Of a DNA stretch of 64,000 bases, positions 18,234 through 27,477 are shown one piece after another (position 1 is the stretch's first letter; the number at the start of each line of letters is the position of its first letter). This DNA comes from Rhodobacterales bacterium (GTDB lineage: Bacteria > Pseudomonadota > Alphaproteobacteria > Rhodobacterales > Rhodobacteraceae). The stretch spans positions 4,128 to 68,127 of the forward strand of contig JBLRWK010000015.1 of the NCBI GenBank assembly GCA_047921295.1. The letters run 5' to 3'. Position numbers and translations under genes: made by a program. The notes beneath the pieces are model-generated. The model did no database searches. It had not been told where the DNA came from and saw only the letters and a list, made by a program, of their open reading frames with translations.

Positions 18234-18806
18234 TCAGGGAAGGTGGTTGATCCGCAGCGCCTGCCAGCCCGCGCCATGGCGATGTATCTCTGTCACCGAG
18301 AGGTTATCGATCTTGTGCGAGAACGCCTCGTATGCGCCGATCTGCAGCGCTTGCTGCAGCTGCGTCAGGATCACGCCGAAATGGGCCACAACCACGATAT
18401 CACGGCCCGGATGCGTGGCGATCAGGCGGGACACGGCAGCGTCGACGCGGGCCGAGACATCGTGCCAGCTTTCGCCGCCGGGCGGGCGGATATCGCCGGG
18501 ATCATCCCAATAGGCGCGTAGATGCGCCTGATCCTCTATCTCGTCGAAGCGGGCAAGTTCCCATGCGCCGAAGTTGATTTCGCGCAGGTCCGGATCATGT
18601 GGCAGCCGTGCGCGTGTGCCGGCAATGGCATCGGCGGTGGCACTGGCGCGGATCAGGTCTGAGGATATCACCACAGCGTCTTCCGGCAAAAGCGCGGACA
18701 GGCGTGCCAGTTGCGCCGTGTCCGACAAATCCGCCGGAAGATCGGACCAGCCCACCATGGTGCGCGCATGGGTCGGGCCGTGACGGACCCAGAAAAACCG
18801 GCTCAC
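18234..18806 (-). CDS. histidine phosphatase family protein (probable alpha-ribazole phosphatase)
   Basis: 190 aa. The GTG start overlaps the cobU stop. It has an RHG motif (FFWVRHGPT). The cobC-type role is assigned only from adjacency to cobU. Confidence 0.7.
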   Translation of the reverse strand: MSRFFWVRHGPTHARTMVGWSDLPADLSDTAQLARLSALLPEDAVVISSDLIRASATADAIAGTRARLPHDPDLREINFGAWELARFDEIEDQAHLRAYWDDPGDIRPPGGESWHDVSARVDAAVSRLIATHPGRDIVVVAHFGVILTQLQQALQIGAYEAFSHKIDNLSVTEIHRHGAGWQALRINHLP

Positions 18807-19336
18807 ATTCTGCGCTCCGGTATCCGGCCTTTCAGACCGAGTGGCAGCCCCGCCATCACGGCAACAACCAGATCCGCTTGCGCTGCGAGCTTCTGGTTCA
18901 ACTCGCCCTGCGCCTGCCGAAAGCGGCGCGACAGCGCATTGTCTGGCACGATCCCGTAGCCGACCTCGTTGCTGACAACGACCACAGGAGCCGCGCAGGT
19001 GCCCAAGGCGTCCAGCAAACCTGCCGTTTCATGATCAAGATCATGGTCCGCCAGCAAATGGTTGGTGAGCCATAATGTCGCACAATCCAAGAGCACGGCC
19101 TGATTTGCATCCGCTTGTGCCAAAGCAAGGCCAAGCTCCAGCGGTGCTTCCACTGTAACCCATCCATCCCCGCGGGACAGGCGATGACGCTCTATTTTCG
19201 CCTGCATTTCCGTATCCCAAGCCTGCGCTGTGGCCAGATAAACCGGATTTTGCGCGCCGCCCAGCACTAGGTTTTCCGCCCAAGCGGATTTTCCCGAGGC
19301 GGCACCGCCAAGGACCAGGGTCAGTTTAGGTAACAT
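18803..19336 (-). CDS. cobU: adenosylcobinamide kinase/adenosylcobinamide-phosphate guanylyltransferase
   Basis: 177 aa. Contains a P-loop (LVLGGAASGKSAWAE) and VVVVSNEVGYGIVP. Confidence 0.85.
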   Translation of the reverse strand: MLPKLTLVLGGAASGKSAWAENLVLGGAQNPVYLATAQAWDTEMQAKIERHRLSRGDGWVTVEAPLELGLALAQADANQAVLLDCATLWLTNHLLADHDLDHETAGLLDALGTCAAPVVVVSNEVGYGIVPDNALSRRFRQAQGELNQKLAAQADLVVAVMAGLPLGLKGRIPERRM

Positions 19337-19451
19337 GCAGAGTCATGTTTTTTGATCCGATCGGTTTTTGCCTGCGTAATCACATTCAAGCAACACAATA
19401 ACAAGCGACATAGCACGCCGAGTACTATGCGCCACATTCTGGGGGTGAAAT

Positions 19452-20330
19452 ATGGCACTTGATGCACCAAATGACATGACCCTGTCCCGCAAGGCAATGA
19501 AAGCCGAATTGCTGGACGCCGAAACGGAGCTGAGACTGGCCTATGCATGGCGTGACCAGCGCGACGAGGCGGCGCTCCACCGTCTGATCACCGCTTATAT
19601 GCGTCTCGCGATCTCCATGGCGTCGAAATTCCGCCGCTACGGCGCCCCGATGAACGACCTGATCCAAGAGGCGGGTCTTGGCCTGATGAAGGCGGCAGAC
19701 AAATTCGATCCCGATCGCGGCGTACGCTTTTCGACCTATGCCGTGTGGTGGATCAAGGCGAGCATTCAGGACTATGTGATGCGGAACTGGTCGATGGTGC
19801 GCACGGGCTCCACATCCAGCCAGAAGTCGTTGTTCTTCAACCTGCGCCGTGTGCAGGCCCGTCTGGAGCGTGAAGCCCAAGCGCGCGGGGAGGAGCTTGA
19901 TCGCCACCAGATGCGGCAGATGATCTCGACAGAGATCGGCGTGCCGCTGCATGATGTCGAGATGATGGAGGGGCGTCTGTCCGGTTCGGATTTCTCGCTC
20001 AACGCAACCCAGTCCTCCGAGGATGAGGGGCGCGAGTGGATCGACACGATCGTGGATGAGGGCACGCAAGCCTCCGATATCGTTGAGACATCGCATGATA
20101 CAGAGGCATTGCGGAACTGGCTGCTGGAGGCACTGGCCGCGCTGAACGACCGCGAGCGCTTCATCGTGCGCGAGCGTAAACTGCGCGACAATCCCCGCAC
20201 GCTTGAAAGCCTTGGCGAGGAACTTGGCCTGTCCAAGGAGCGCGTGCGCCAGCTTGAGGCAGCAGCCTTCGCCAAAATGCGGAAAAAGCTGGAAAGTCAG
20301 TCGCACGAGGTGCAAGACTTCCTCGTATGA
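19452..20330 (+). CDS. rpoH: RNA polymerase sigma-32 factor
   Basis: 292 aa. Contains LIQEAGLGLMKAADKFDPDRGVRFSTYAVWWIKASIQDYV and an RpoH-box-like SQKSLFFNLRR. Confidence 0.9.
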   Translation: MALDAPNDMTLSRKAMKAELLDAETELRLAYAWRDQRDEAALHRLITAYMRLAISMASKFRRYGAPMNDLIQEAGLGLMKAADKFDPDRGVRFSTYAVWWIKASIQDYVMRNWSMVRTGSTSSQKSLFFNLRRVQARLEREAQARGEELDRHQMRQMISTEIGVPLHDVEMMEGRLSGSDFSLNATQSSEDEGREWIDTIVDEGTQASDIVETSHDTEALRNWLLEALAALNDRERFIVRERKLRDNPRTLESLGEELGLSKERVRQLEAAAFAKMRKKLESQSHEVQDFLV

Positions 20331-21136
20331 GATATCTTTTGCCGATCGCGTTCGTGGTATGCGGGCCCGCTTTTGCGGGCCCTTTGTCTGTTGAGATCCT
20401 TGATCAGGTAACCGCCGCGCCGGTGGTGATCATCGGCGAGGTGCATGACAATCCGGCGCATCACGCGGTGCAGGCCGCGCTTGTGGCCCATATCCAGCCG
20501 CGTGCCATCGTCTTCGAGATGTTGACCGAAGTGCAGGCCGATGCCGTCACGCCGCAAACCCGCGCGGATGAGGAAACCCTTGGTGATGCGCTTGACTGGG
20601 CGGACAGTGGCTGGCCCGATTTCTCCCTCTATTACCCGATTTTTGCAGCCGCACCTGCGGCGGCGATCTACGGCGCAGCCGTTCCGCGTGATGCCGCCCG
20701 CGCGGCCATGCAGGCCGGCATAGCCGAAAGCTTTGGCGATCAGGCGGCAGCGTTCGGCCTGACCACGCCTTTGCCCCCCGCCGAGCAGGCGGCGCAGGAG
20801 GACTTGCAGCAGGTGGCGCATTGCAACGCGATGCCGCCTGAGATGCTGCCCGTCATGGTCGATCTGCAAAGGTTGCGCGATGCGGTTCTGGCCCGCGAAA
20901 CCCTGCGTGCCGTTGATGCAACCGGCGGGCCGGTGGTCGTCATCACCGGCAACGGCCATGCAAGGCGCGACTGGGGCGTGCCTGCCTATATCGCGGCAAT
21001 GCGGCCCGATCTTGAGGTTGTCAGCATCGGCCAGCAGGAAGATGGGGGCGGTGCGCCCGGCGGTTTCGACATCCTGCTGTCCTCGCCTGCTGTGGATCGT
21101 CCCGATCCCTGCGAAGCCTTCCGCGACAGGGGCTGA
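20327..21136 (+). CDS. ChaN family lipoprotein (haem-binding/Tiki-like fold)
   Basis: 269 aa. The ATG overlaps the rpoH stop. It has a signal peptide (MRYLLPIAFVVCGPAFA). Contains VVIIGEVHDNPAHH and VVITGNGHARRDWGVP. Confidence 0.75.
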   Translation: MRYLLPIAFVVCGPAFAGPLSVEILDQVTAAPVVIIGEVHDNPAHHAVQAALVAHIQPRAIVFEMLTEVQADAVTPQTRADEETLGDALDWADSGWPDFSLYYPIFAAAPAAAIYGAAVPRDAARAAMQAGIAESFGDQAAAFGLTTPLPPAEQAAQEDLQQVAHCNAMPPEMLPVMVDLQRLRDAVLARETLRAVDATGGPVVVITGNGHARRDWGVPAYIAAMRPDLEVVSIGQQEDGGGAPGGFDILLSSPAVDRPDPCEAFRDRG

Positions 21137-21212
21137 CATCCGGCGGCAGGCGTGCTCTTGCCAGTCCGTGGCGCTGGCCATACTGTCGGCGCAACGGGCG
21201 GAGGCGCGCAAC

Positions 21213-22430
21213 ATGCTGGCAGGTAAAAGACTTCTTCTGATCATCGGTGGCGGTATCGCGGCGTACAAGGCGCTGGACCTGATCCGCCGCCTGCGCGAAC
21301 GCGGCGCTGCAGTGACGCCGGTTCTGACGCGCGCGGGCACCGAATTCGTGACGCCGCTGTCTGTGGCCGCACTGGCGGGCGAGAAGGTCTTTACCGATCT
21401 TTTCGATCTGACGGACGAGGCCGAGATGGGCCACATCCAACTGTCCCGCAGCGCCGATCTAGTCGTGGTCGCCCCCGCGACCGCCGATCTGATGGCCAAG
21501 ATGGCGCAGGGCCACGCCAATGATCTTGCCTCGACCCTGCTGATGGCGACTGACACACAAGTGCTACTGGCCCCTGCGATGAATGTTCGCATGTGGGATC
21601 ATCCCGCCACGCAGCGCAATCTGGCGACGCTTCTGGGTGACGGGCTGCGGGTTGTCGGCCCCAATGCGGGCGATATGGCCTGCGGCGAATACGGCCCCGG
21701 ACGCATGGCAGAACCTCTCGAGATTGTCGCCGCGATTGAAGCGGCCTTGGGGCAGGGGCCTTTGACCGGCAAGCGGGTGCTCGTCACCTCCGGCCCGACG
21801 CATGAGCCGATTGATCCGGTGCGCTACATCGCCAACCGCTCGTCCGGCGCGCAAGGCACGGCGATTGCGCGGGCGTTGGCAGTTTTGGGGGCGCATGTTG
21901 TATTTGTGACCGGTCCCGCCGATGTGCCGCCGCCCCCCGGTGTGCAGGTTGTGAAAGTTGAGACTGCGCAGCAGATGCAGCAGGCGGTGGAGGCGGCCTT
22001 GCCTGTGGACGCGGCGATTTTTGCCGCCGCCGTGGCGGACTGGCGCGTGGCCTCCGCCTCCGGCTCGAAGATCAAGAAGGCCGCGGGCCGCCTGCCGGTA
22101 CTGGAATTTGCCGAAAATCCCGACATTCTGGCGGGCGTCAGCCAGCACGCGACCCTGCGCCCTGCGCTGGTTGTGGGCTTTGCAGCCGAAACCAATGATG
22201 TGATCGCCCATGCGCAAGCCAAACGCGCGCGCAAGGGCTGTGACTGGATCGTCGCCAATGATGTGAGCCCCGCCACCGGTATCATGGGCGGGGCGGAAAA
22301 CGCCGTGCATCTGATCACCGCAGAGGGCTGCGAGGACTGGCCGCGCATGGGCAAGCAAGCAGTGGCCGACAAGCTTGCAGCGCGGATAGCGACTGCACTG
22401 GCGGCGACGCAACAAGTGTGCGCCACCTGA
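21213..22430 (+). CDS. coaBC: phosphopantothenoylcysteine decarboxylase/phosphopantothenate--cysteine ligase
   Basis: The track ORF is 20880..22430. I moved the start to ATG 21213 (MLAGKRLLLIIGGGIAAYKALDLIRRL). Contains PAMNVRMW and VTSGPTHEPIDPVRYIANRSSG. Confidence 0.9.
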   Translation: MLAGKRLLLIIGGGIAAYKALDLIRRLRERGAAVTPVLTRAGTEFVTPLSVAALAGEKVFTDLFDLTDEAEMGHIQLSRSADLVVVAPATADLMAKMAQGHANDLASTLLMATDTQVLLAPAMNVRMWDHPATQRNLATLLGDGLRVVGPNAGDMACGEYGPGRMAEPLEIVAAIEAALGQGPLTGKRVLVTSGPTHEPIDPVRYIANRSSGAQGTAIARALAVLGAHVVFVTGPADVPPPPGVQVVKVETAQQMQQAVEAALPVDAAIFAAAVADWRVASASGSKIKKAAGRLPVLEFAENPDILAGVSQHATLRPALVVGFAAETNDVIAHAQAKRARKGCDWIVANDVSPATGIMGGAENAVHLITAEGCEDWPRMGKQAVADKLAARIATALAATQQVCAT

Positions 22431-22761
22431 CGCAAGATACTCTATGACTGCTTGGAACTGGTGGCGTACGTTCGCGTATCACCGCGACAGAAGGGATCGC
22501 AGGGCCGCGGTCGGGCGATCCGACGGATCAGTCTGGCAGTTTATCGTGCAGCAACATCCAGCCTCCCGCCGTAGCACTTGCAGCAGCCAATCGCCCGGCC
22601 GGGGGGCGGCCGTGCGATGCCCGGGCCGCTATGCGGCTGTTCCGGGCGGGACGGCACTCTTCAATGCCTGCTCCATCCCGCAGAACTGCCTTTCGTGGCG
22701 CATTACCTGAGGCGCGGAAACCTTTGGCCAGGTGGCGAGCACTTGCCCACAAAACAAGAGC

Positions 22762-23598
22762 TTAGCGCGGGCAGGCCAGCGCCGCGTCCCAGTCCTGCGG
22801 CCCTGACAGCGGCCCCAGATCGCGGCTGACCAGCGCACCATTCTGCCAGCCAACAGCTACGATCCGCCGCCAGTCCGCCGAGGCAAGCACCGCCTCAGCC
22901 CGCCCCGCACAGACACGCACACCACCGGCAATCGTTTCCTCGCCGATCCGGTGATTGGTCACTCCTGACAACGCGCCGCGTTGTGTCAGCCGGTCGCCGT
23001 CCAGCCCGACCAGTCGCAGAGTTTTGCCCAGATGCGGGGTCTCGACATAGGCGATCTCGGACCTGCCATCGCCCGTGAAATCGCCCATCCCGACAGGGGC
23101 CAGCCAACGAAAGCGCGTGCCAATGAAATCGGTGGCGGCGATCATGCGAAACAGCGGCGCGCCCTCGTCGCCGGGATCGCGCAGCGCCCAGACGGTCAAC
23201 CGCGCGCCCCGCGTTGCATGGGATTGCACGACAACCACCTCCGGCCTGCCATCGCCGGTTACATCCCACAAACGCGGAGCCACATCCTCGAACACCAACT
23301 CATCCGGCAATGTGAGCTTTGCCATGGCTCGCGGGATCGCGCAGCCAAGACATAGCTGCGCAGTGACAGTCATCGCCCCGAAAGCCGGAATGCGGCCCAG
23401 CACGTCATGCGGATAGCGGTCTGTCGGGTCGGACAGGTTTACCGCCAGCGGCCATGGCATCGGATCTTGCGCCGCAGGCGGCTGACCCTGGACGGAAACT
23501 TCGGCAGTTTGGGCAGAAACCGGAGCGGAAATCAGCCCGCTCACTAAGAAAATGCCAAGAATAGTTGTTAGTAAAACGTGTTTAAATCGCATAATCAT
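22762..23598 (-). CDS. secreted FG-GAP/VCBS-like repeat protein
   Basis: 278 aa. It has a signal peptide, MIMRFKHVLLTTILGIFLVSGLISAPVSA. Two DxTGDG-type blocks are present: WDVTGDGRPEVVVV and GDFTGDGRSEIAYV. Confidence 0.6.
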   Translation of the reverse strand: MIMRFKHVLLTTILGIFLVSGLISAPVSAQTAEVSVQGQPPAAQDPMPWPLAVNLSDPTDRYPHDVLGRIPAFGAMTVTAQLCLGCAIPRAMAKLTLPDELVFEDVAPRLWDVTGDGRPEVVVVQSHATRGARLTVWALRDPGDEGAPLFRMIAATDFIGTRFRWLAPVGMGDFTGDGRSEIAYVETPHLGKTLRLVGLDGDRLTQRGALSGVTNHRIGEETIAGGVRVCAGRAEAVLASADWRRIVAVGWQNGALVSRDLGPLSGPQDWDAALACPR

Positions 23599-23857
23599 GC
23601 GTCAATTCCCTGAAAGACAATCGAATATTGCAAAATCTGGTTCGTGTACGTCCGGCTCATGCGGTGCCGCGATGTAATAACCAGAGTATAATCATCTGCC
23701 GTCGCATCGCATAGCGCTGGCTTGCTCTGTCCGATCAAAACCCGGTGATACCTTGCAAGACGGAACCTTTCGGTTATGTCTCAGGAAGACCACAGTCTGA
23801 CCCATCGTGACGCGCAGTTCGGTTGGAACAGATGCAATACCAGCCAAGGGACGCCTC

Positions 23858-24319
23858 ATGCCAACCATCCGCTGCACCAGAATGCCCGAGGCCGATCCGG
23901 CCATTCCCTTGCCGGCTTACGAGACGGCTGGCGCGGCGGGTGCCGATCTGCGGGCGAACTTTCCAAAAGATCAGCGCGAAGGGGTCATCCTTGATCCCGG
24001 CGCGAGGGTTCTGGTGCCCACGGGCCTGAAGCTTGCCATCCCCGAGGGGCACGAGGTGCAGATCAGGCCGCGCTCAGGTCTGGCGCTGAAAAACGGGATC
24101 ACCCTGCCTAACAGCCCCGGCACGATAGACAGCGACTATCGCGGCCCGCTCGGCGTGATCGTGCTGAATCTCGGTGACGCGCCTTTCCATATCGCGCATG
24201 GTGCGCGGATCGCGCAGATGGTTCTGGCCCCTGTCCTGCAGGCGCGCTTTGATCTGGTGGACGGTCTGGACGAGACGGCGCGTGGTCAGGGCGGCTTTGG
24301 CTCGACCGGGCGGGGCTAG
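23858..24319 (+). CDS. dut: dUTP diphosphatase
   Basis: The track ORF is 23807..24319. I prefer ATG 23858 (MPTIRC...). Contains [40 protein letters not shown] and [10 protein letters not shown]. Confidence 0.9.
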   Translation: MPTIRCTRMPEADPAIPLPAYETAGAAGADLRANFPKDQREGVILDPGARVLVPTGLKLAIPEGHEVQIRPRSGLALKNGITLPNSPGTIDSDYRGPLGVIVLNLGDAPFHIAHGARIAQMVLAPVLQARFDLVDGLDETARGQGGFGSTGRG

Positions 24320-24322
24320 GAT

Positions 24323-25408
24323 ATGGCGCTGGTTTTTGTCATGGCGGCTGTGCTCTGGGGGATCGGGGCCATGATGGGCACACCGCGCCGGATGCGCTGG
24401 ATCATGATCGCGATCCTGTGGGTCGGTGTCGTGGTGATCCACCTGACGCTGCCCGCCTCGGCGCAACTGCGCCTTGCCACGGGCGAGACTGCCGCACCTT
24501 GGCTGCTGCTGGGCGGATTTCTCGCCCTGATCCTCGTCTACCGCGCCATGCTGGCCCGCCTGCGTCACCGCGTCGACGGTGCTCAACCGGAAAGCGGCAC
24601 TGCCGGACAGGACGGCCCGTTCTCCACAACCGAGCTTGAGCGCTATGCCCGCCATGTCGTTCTACGCGAGGTGGGCGGCACGGGGCAGCGCAAGCTCAAG
24701 GACGCAAAGGTGCTGGTGATCGGCGCGGGCGGTCTGGGTGCGCCGGCGCTGCTCTACCTTGCGGCGGCGGGCGTGGGCACAATCGGCGTGATCGACGATG
24801 ACCGCGTGGAAAATGCCAACCTGCAACGGCAGGTGATCCACAGCGACGACCGGATCGGCATGCCAAAGGTCTTTTCCGCCGAAGCCGTGCTGCACGCGCA
24901 AAATCCTTTCGTGACCCTGCGCCCCTATCACCGCCGCCTGACCGCCGATGTGGCAAGTGAGCTATTCGCGGATTATGACCTGATCCTAGACGGCACCGAC
25001 AACAGCGAGACACGATATCTGGTAAATGCCACCGCCGTTGCCTTGGGCAAGCCGCTGATTTCCGGCGCTTTGTCGCAATGGGAAGGGCAGATCGCCCTGT
25101 TCGATCCGGCGCGTGGCGGGCCTTGCTACCAATGCGTCTTTCCGCAGGCCGCCGCCCCCGGTCTCGCCCCGAGCTGTGCCGAAGCAGGCGTGATCGGCCC
25201 CTTGCCGGGGGTGATCGGCTCCATGATGGCGCTGGAGGCGATCAAGCTGATCACCAGCGCGGGGCAGGACCTGCGCGGCCGCATGCTGATCCATGACGCC
25301 CTGCATGCCGAGCACCGCACCATACGCACCCATGCGCGGCCGGATTGCCCGGTCTGCGCCGCACACCGTTCCACAGGAGAACCCGCCGATGACCAGCCCG
25401 CTGCTTGA
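24323..25408 (+). CDS. HesA/MoeB/ThiF family adenylyltransferase with an N-terminal 3-TM extension
   Basis: 361 aa, starting 4 nt after the dut stop. About 95 aa of hydrophobic N-terminus precede RYARHVVLREVGGTGQRKLKDAKVLVIGAGGLGAPALLYLAAAGVG. Two CxxC pairs are present (CYQC, CPVC). Confidence 0.8.
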   Translation: MALVFVMAAVLWGIGAMMGTPRRMRWIMIAILWVGVVVIHLTLPASAQLRLATGETAAPWLLLGGFLALILVYRAMLARLRHRVDGAQPESGTAGQDGPFSTTELERYARHVVLREVGGTGQRKLKDAKVLVIGAGGLGAPALLYLAAAGVGTIGVIDDDRVENANLQRQVIHSDDRIGMPKVFSAEAVLHAQNPFVTLRPYHRRLTADVASELFADYDLILDGTDNSETRYLVNATAVALGKPLISGALSQWEGQIALFDPARGGPCYQCVFPQAAAPGLAPSCAEAGVIGPLPGVIGSMMALEAIKLITSAGQDLRGRMLIHDALHAEHRTIRTHARPDCPVCAAHRSTGEPADDQPAA

Positions 25409-27401
25409 GACATGGACAACGCCTTTCGGTCTGGCGCCCTTCGACCGGATCAAGGATGACGATTTCGCGCCGGCCTTCGAGGAAGCGCTGGCCGTGCACC
25501 GTGCCGAGATCGACGCGATTGCCACCAATCCTGACCGTCCGGATTTTGACAATACCGTAGGCGCGTTGGAGGCAGCGGGGCAGGGGCTTGATCAGGTTCT
25601 GTCGGTGTTTTTCACAGTGGCGGGTGCGGACAGCACCCCGGCGCGGGAGGATTTGCAGCGCGCCTTTTCGCCCCGTCTTGCGGCCCATTCGGCGGAAATC
25701 ACCGGAAACAAGGCACTTTTCGCGCGTGTCGCAGAGCTTTGGGCGCGGCGCGATGACATGGGCCTGACAGCAGAGCAGGACCGCGTGTTGATGCTGACCC
25801 ATCGCGGCTTTGTCCGCGCAGGGGCGGCCCTGACCGGAGCCGATGATACGCGTATGGCGCAGATCAAATCGCGGCTGGCTGTTCTGGGCACGCAGTTCAC
25901 ACAGAACCTGCTGGCCGACGAGCGGGCATGGACGCTGCCGCTTGCCGAAAGCGATCTGGTGGGGTTGCCGGAGTTCCTTGTCACGGCGGCGCGGGCGGCG
26001 GGAAAGGAAAAAGGGGCGGACGGGCCTGTCATCACATTGTCGCGCTCGCTCATCACGCCGTTCCTGCAGTTCTCGCCGCGCCGTGACTTGCGCGAGACAG
26101 CATGGCGCGCCTATGTCGCGCGCGGGGCCAATGGTGGCGAGACCGACAACCGCGCGATTGCCGCAGAGATTCTGGCCTTGCGCGCCGAGCGGGCCGCCTT
26201 GCTGGGTTATGACAGTTTCGCCGCCTACAAGCTGGAAACCGAAATGGCAGTTAATCCGCAAGCCGTGCGCGACCTGTTGCGCGCGGTCTGGACACCGGCG
26301 CGCGCCCGCGCCGAGGCGGACGCTGCCGTGCTCGAACGCATGATGCATGCCGATGGGATCAATGGTGATCTGGAGCCTTGGGACTGGCAGTTCTACGCCG
26401 CGCGCCGCCGTCAGGCCGAGCATGATCTGGATGAGGCTACGCTGAAACCCTATCTCGCGCTCGACCGGATGATCGAGGCCGCCTTTGCCTGCGCCAACCG
26501 CCTGTTCAGGCTGGAATTCCGCGCGCTGGACATGCCGCTCTATCATCCCGACTGCCGCGCATGGGAGGTGACGCGCGACGGCCAGCATATGGCCGTGTTC
26601 ATTGGCGACTACCTCGCGCGGGGATCGAAACGCTCCGGTGCATGGTGCTCGGCCATGCGCTCACAGGCGAAATGGCCCGAAACCCGCAGCCCTGTCGTGA
26701 TCAATGTCTGCAATTTCGCAAGCGGCGATCCGGTGCTGTTGTCCTATGACGATGCGCGCACCCTGTTTCACGAGTTCGGGCACGCCCTGCACCAGATGTT
26801 GTCTGATGTGACCTACCCGTCGATTTCCGGCACCTCGGTGGCGCGTGATTTTGTGGAACTGCCAAGCCAGCTTTACGAGCACTGGCTTGAAGTGCCCGAA
26901 GTGCTGGCCGAATTTGCCACCCATGCCGAGACAGGCGCACCCATGCCGCGCGATATGCTCGACCGGCTTCTGGGGGCTGCGACCTTCGATATGGGGTTCC
27001 AGACGGTGGAATATGTCGCCTCTGCGCTGGTCGATCTGGACTTTCACGACGGCCCGCCCCCCGCCGATCCGATGACCCGTCAGGCAGAGGTGCTGGCGGA
27101 ACTGGGCATGCCGCGCGCCATCGCCATGCGGCATGCAACGCCGCATTTCGCCCATATCTTCGCAGGCGACGGCTATTCCTCGGGCTATTACAGCTATATG
27201 TGGTCCGAAGTGATGGATGCGGATGCTTTCGCGGCTTTCGAGGAGGCGGGCGGGGCCTTTGATCCCGAGAGGGCCAAGGCTCTGGAGCAGTTCATCCTCT
27301 CCACCGGCGGCTCGCGCGATCCGGCAGAGCTTTACACGGCCTTCCGGGGCCGCCTGCCGGGCGTCGAGGCGCTTTTGAAAGGGCGTGGCCTCGCTGCCTG
27401 A
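25389..27401 (+). CDS. M3 family metallopeptidase (peptidyl-dipeptidase Dcp-like)
   Basis: The track ORF is 25293..27401. I prefer ATG 25389 (MTSPLLETWTTPFGLAPFDRI). Contains the zinc motif FHEFGHALH. Confidence 0.85.
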   Translation: MTSPLLETWTTPFGLAPFDRIKDDDFAPAFEEALAVHRAEIDAIATNPDRPDFDNTVGALEAAGQGLDQVLSVFFTVAGADSTPAREDLQRAFSPRLAAHSAEITGNKALFARVAELWARRDDMGLTAEQDRVLMLTHRGFVRAGAALTGADDTRMAQIKSRLAVLGTQFTQNLLADERAWTLPLAESDLVGLPEFLVTAARAAGKEKGADGPVITLSRSLITPFLQFSPRRDLRETAWRAYVARGANGGETDNRAIAAEILALRAERAALLGYDSFAAYKLETEMAVNPQAVRDLLRAVWTPARARAEADAAVLERMMHADGINGDLEPWDWQFYAARRRQAEHDLDEATLKPYLALDRMIEAAFACANRLFRLEFRALDMPLYHPDCRAWEVTRDGQHMAVFIGDYLARGSKRSGAWCSAMRSQAKWPETRSPVVINVCNFASGDPVLLSYDDARTLFHEFGHALHQMLSDVTYPSISGTSVARDFVELPSQLYEHWLEVPEVLAEFATHAETGAPMPRDMLDRLLGAATFDMGFQTVEYVASALVDLDFHDGPPPADPMTRQAEVLAELGMPRAIAMRHATPHFAHIFAGDGYSSGYYSYMWSEVMDADAFAAFEEAGGAFDPERAKALEQFILSTGGSRDPAELYTAFRGRLPGVEALLKGRGLAA

Positions 27402-27407
27402 TGCGCG

Positions 27408-27457
27408 CAAAAGTCTTGCGCAAGACTTTTGGCAAATCCCTTGAAAAAGGGATTTGC
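27408..27457. terminator. two adjacent perfect hairpins between convergent genes (likely bidirectional terminator)
   Basis: A perfect 24-nt palindrome, CAAAAGTCTTGCGCAAGACTTTTG (27408-27431), is followed immediately by GCAAATCCCTT-GAAA-AAGGGATTTGC (27432-27457). Both lie between the dcp-like stop (27401) and the phosphomannomutase stop (27478). Confidence 0.6.
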
Positions 27458-27477
27458 TTTGCGGCCCGACAGGTGTG

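Noticed and set aside
22444-22710. 88-aa plus-strand ORF in the coaBC / FG-GAP gap.
   Set aside because: It has no SD and no recognisable motif. Its composition is Arg/Ser/Ala-rich and overlapping alternative frames look equally good. It is kept only as part of the gap finding.
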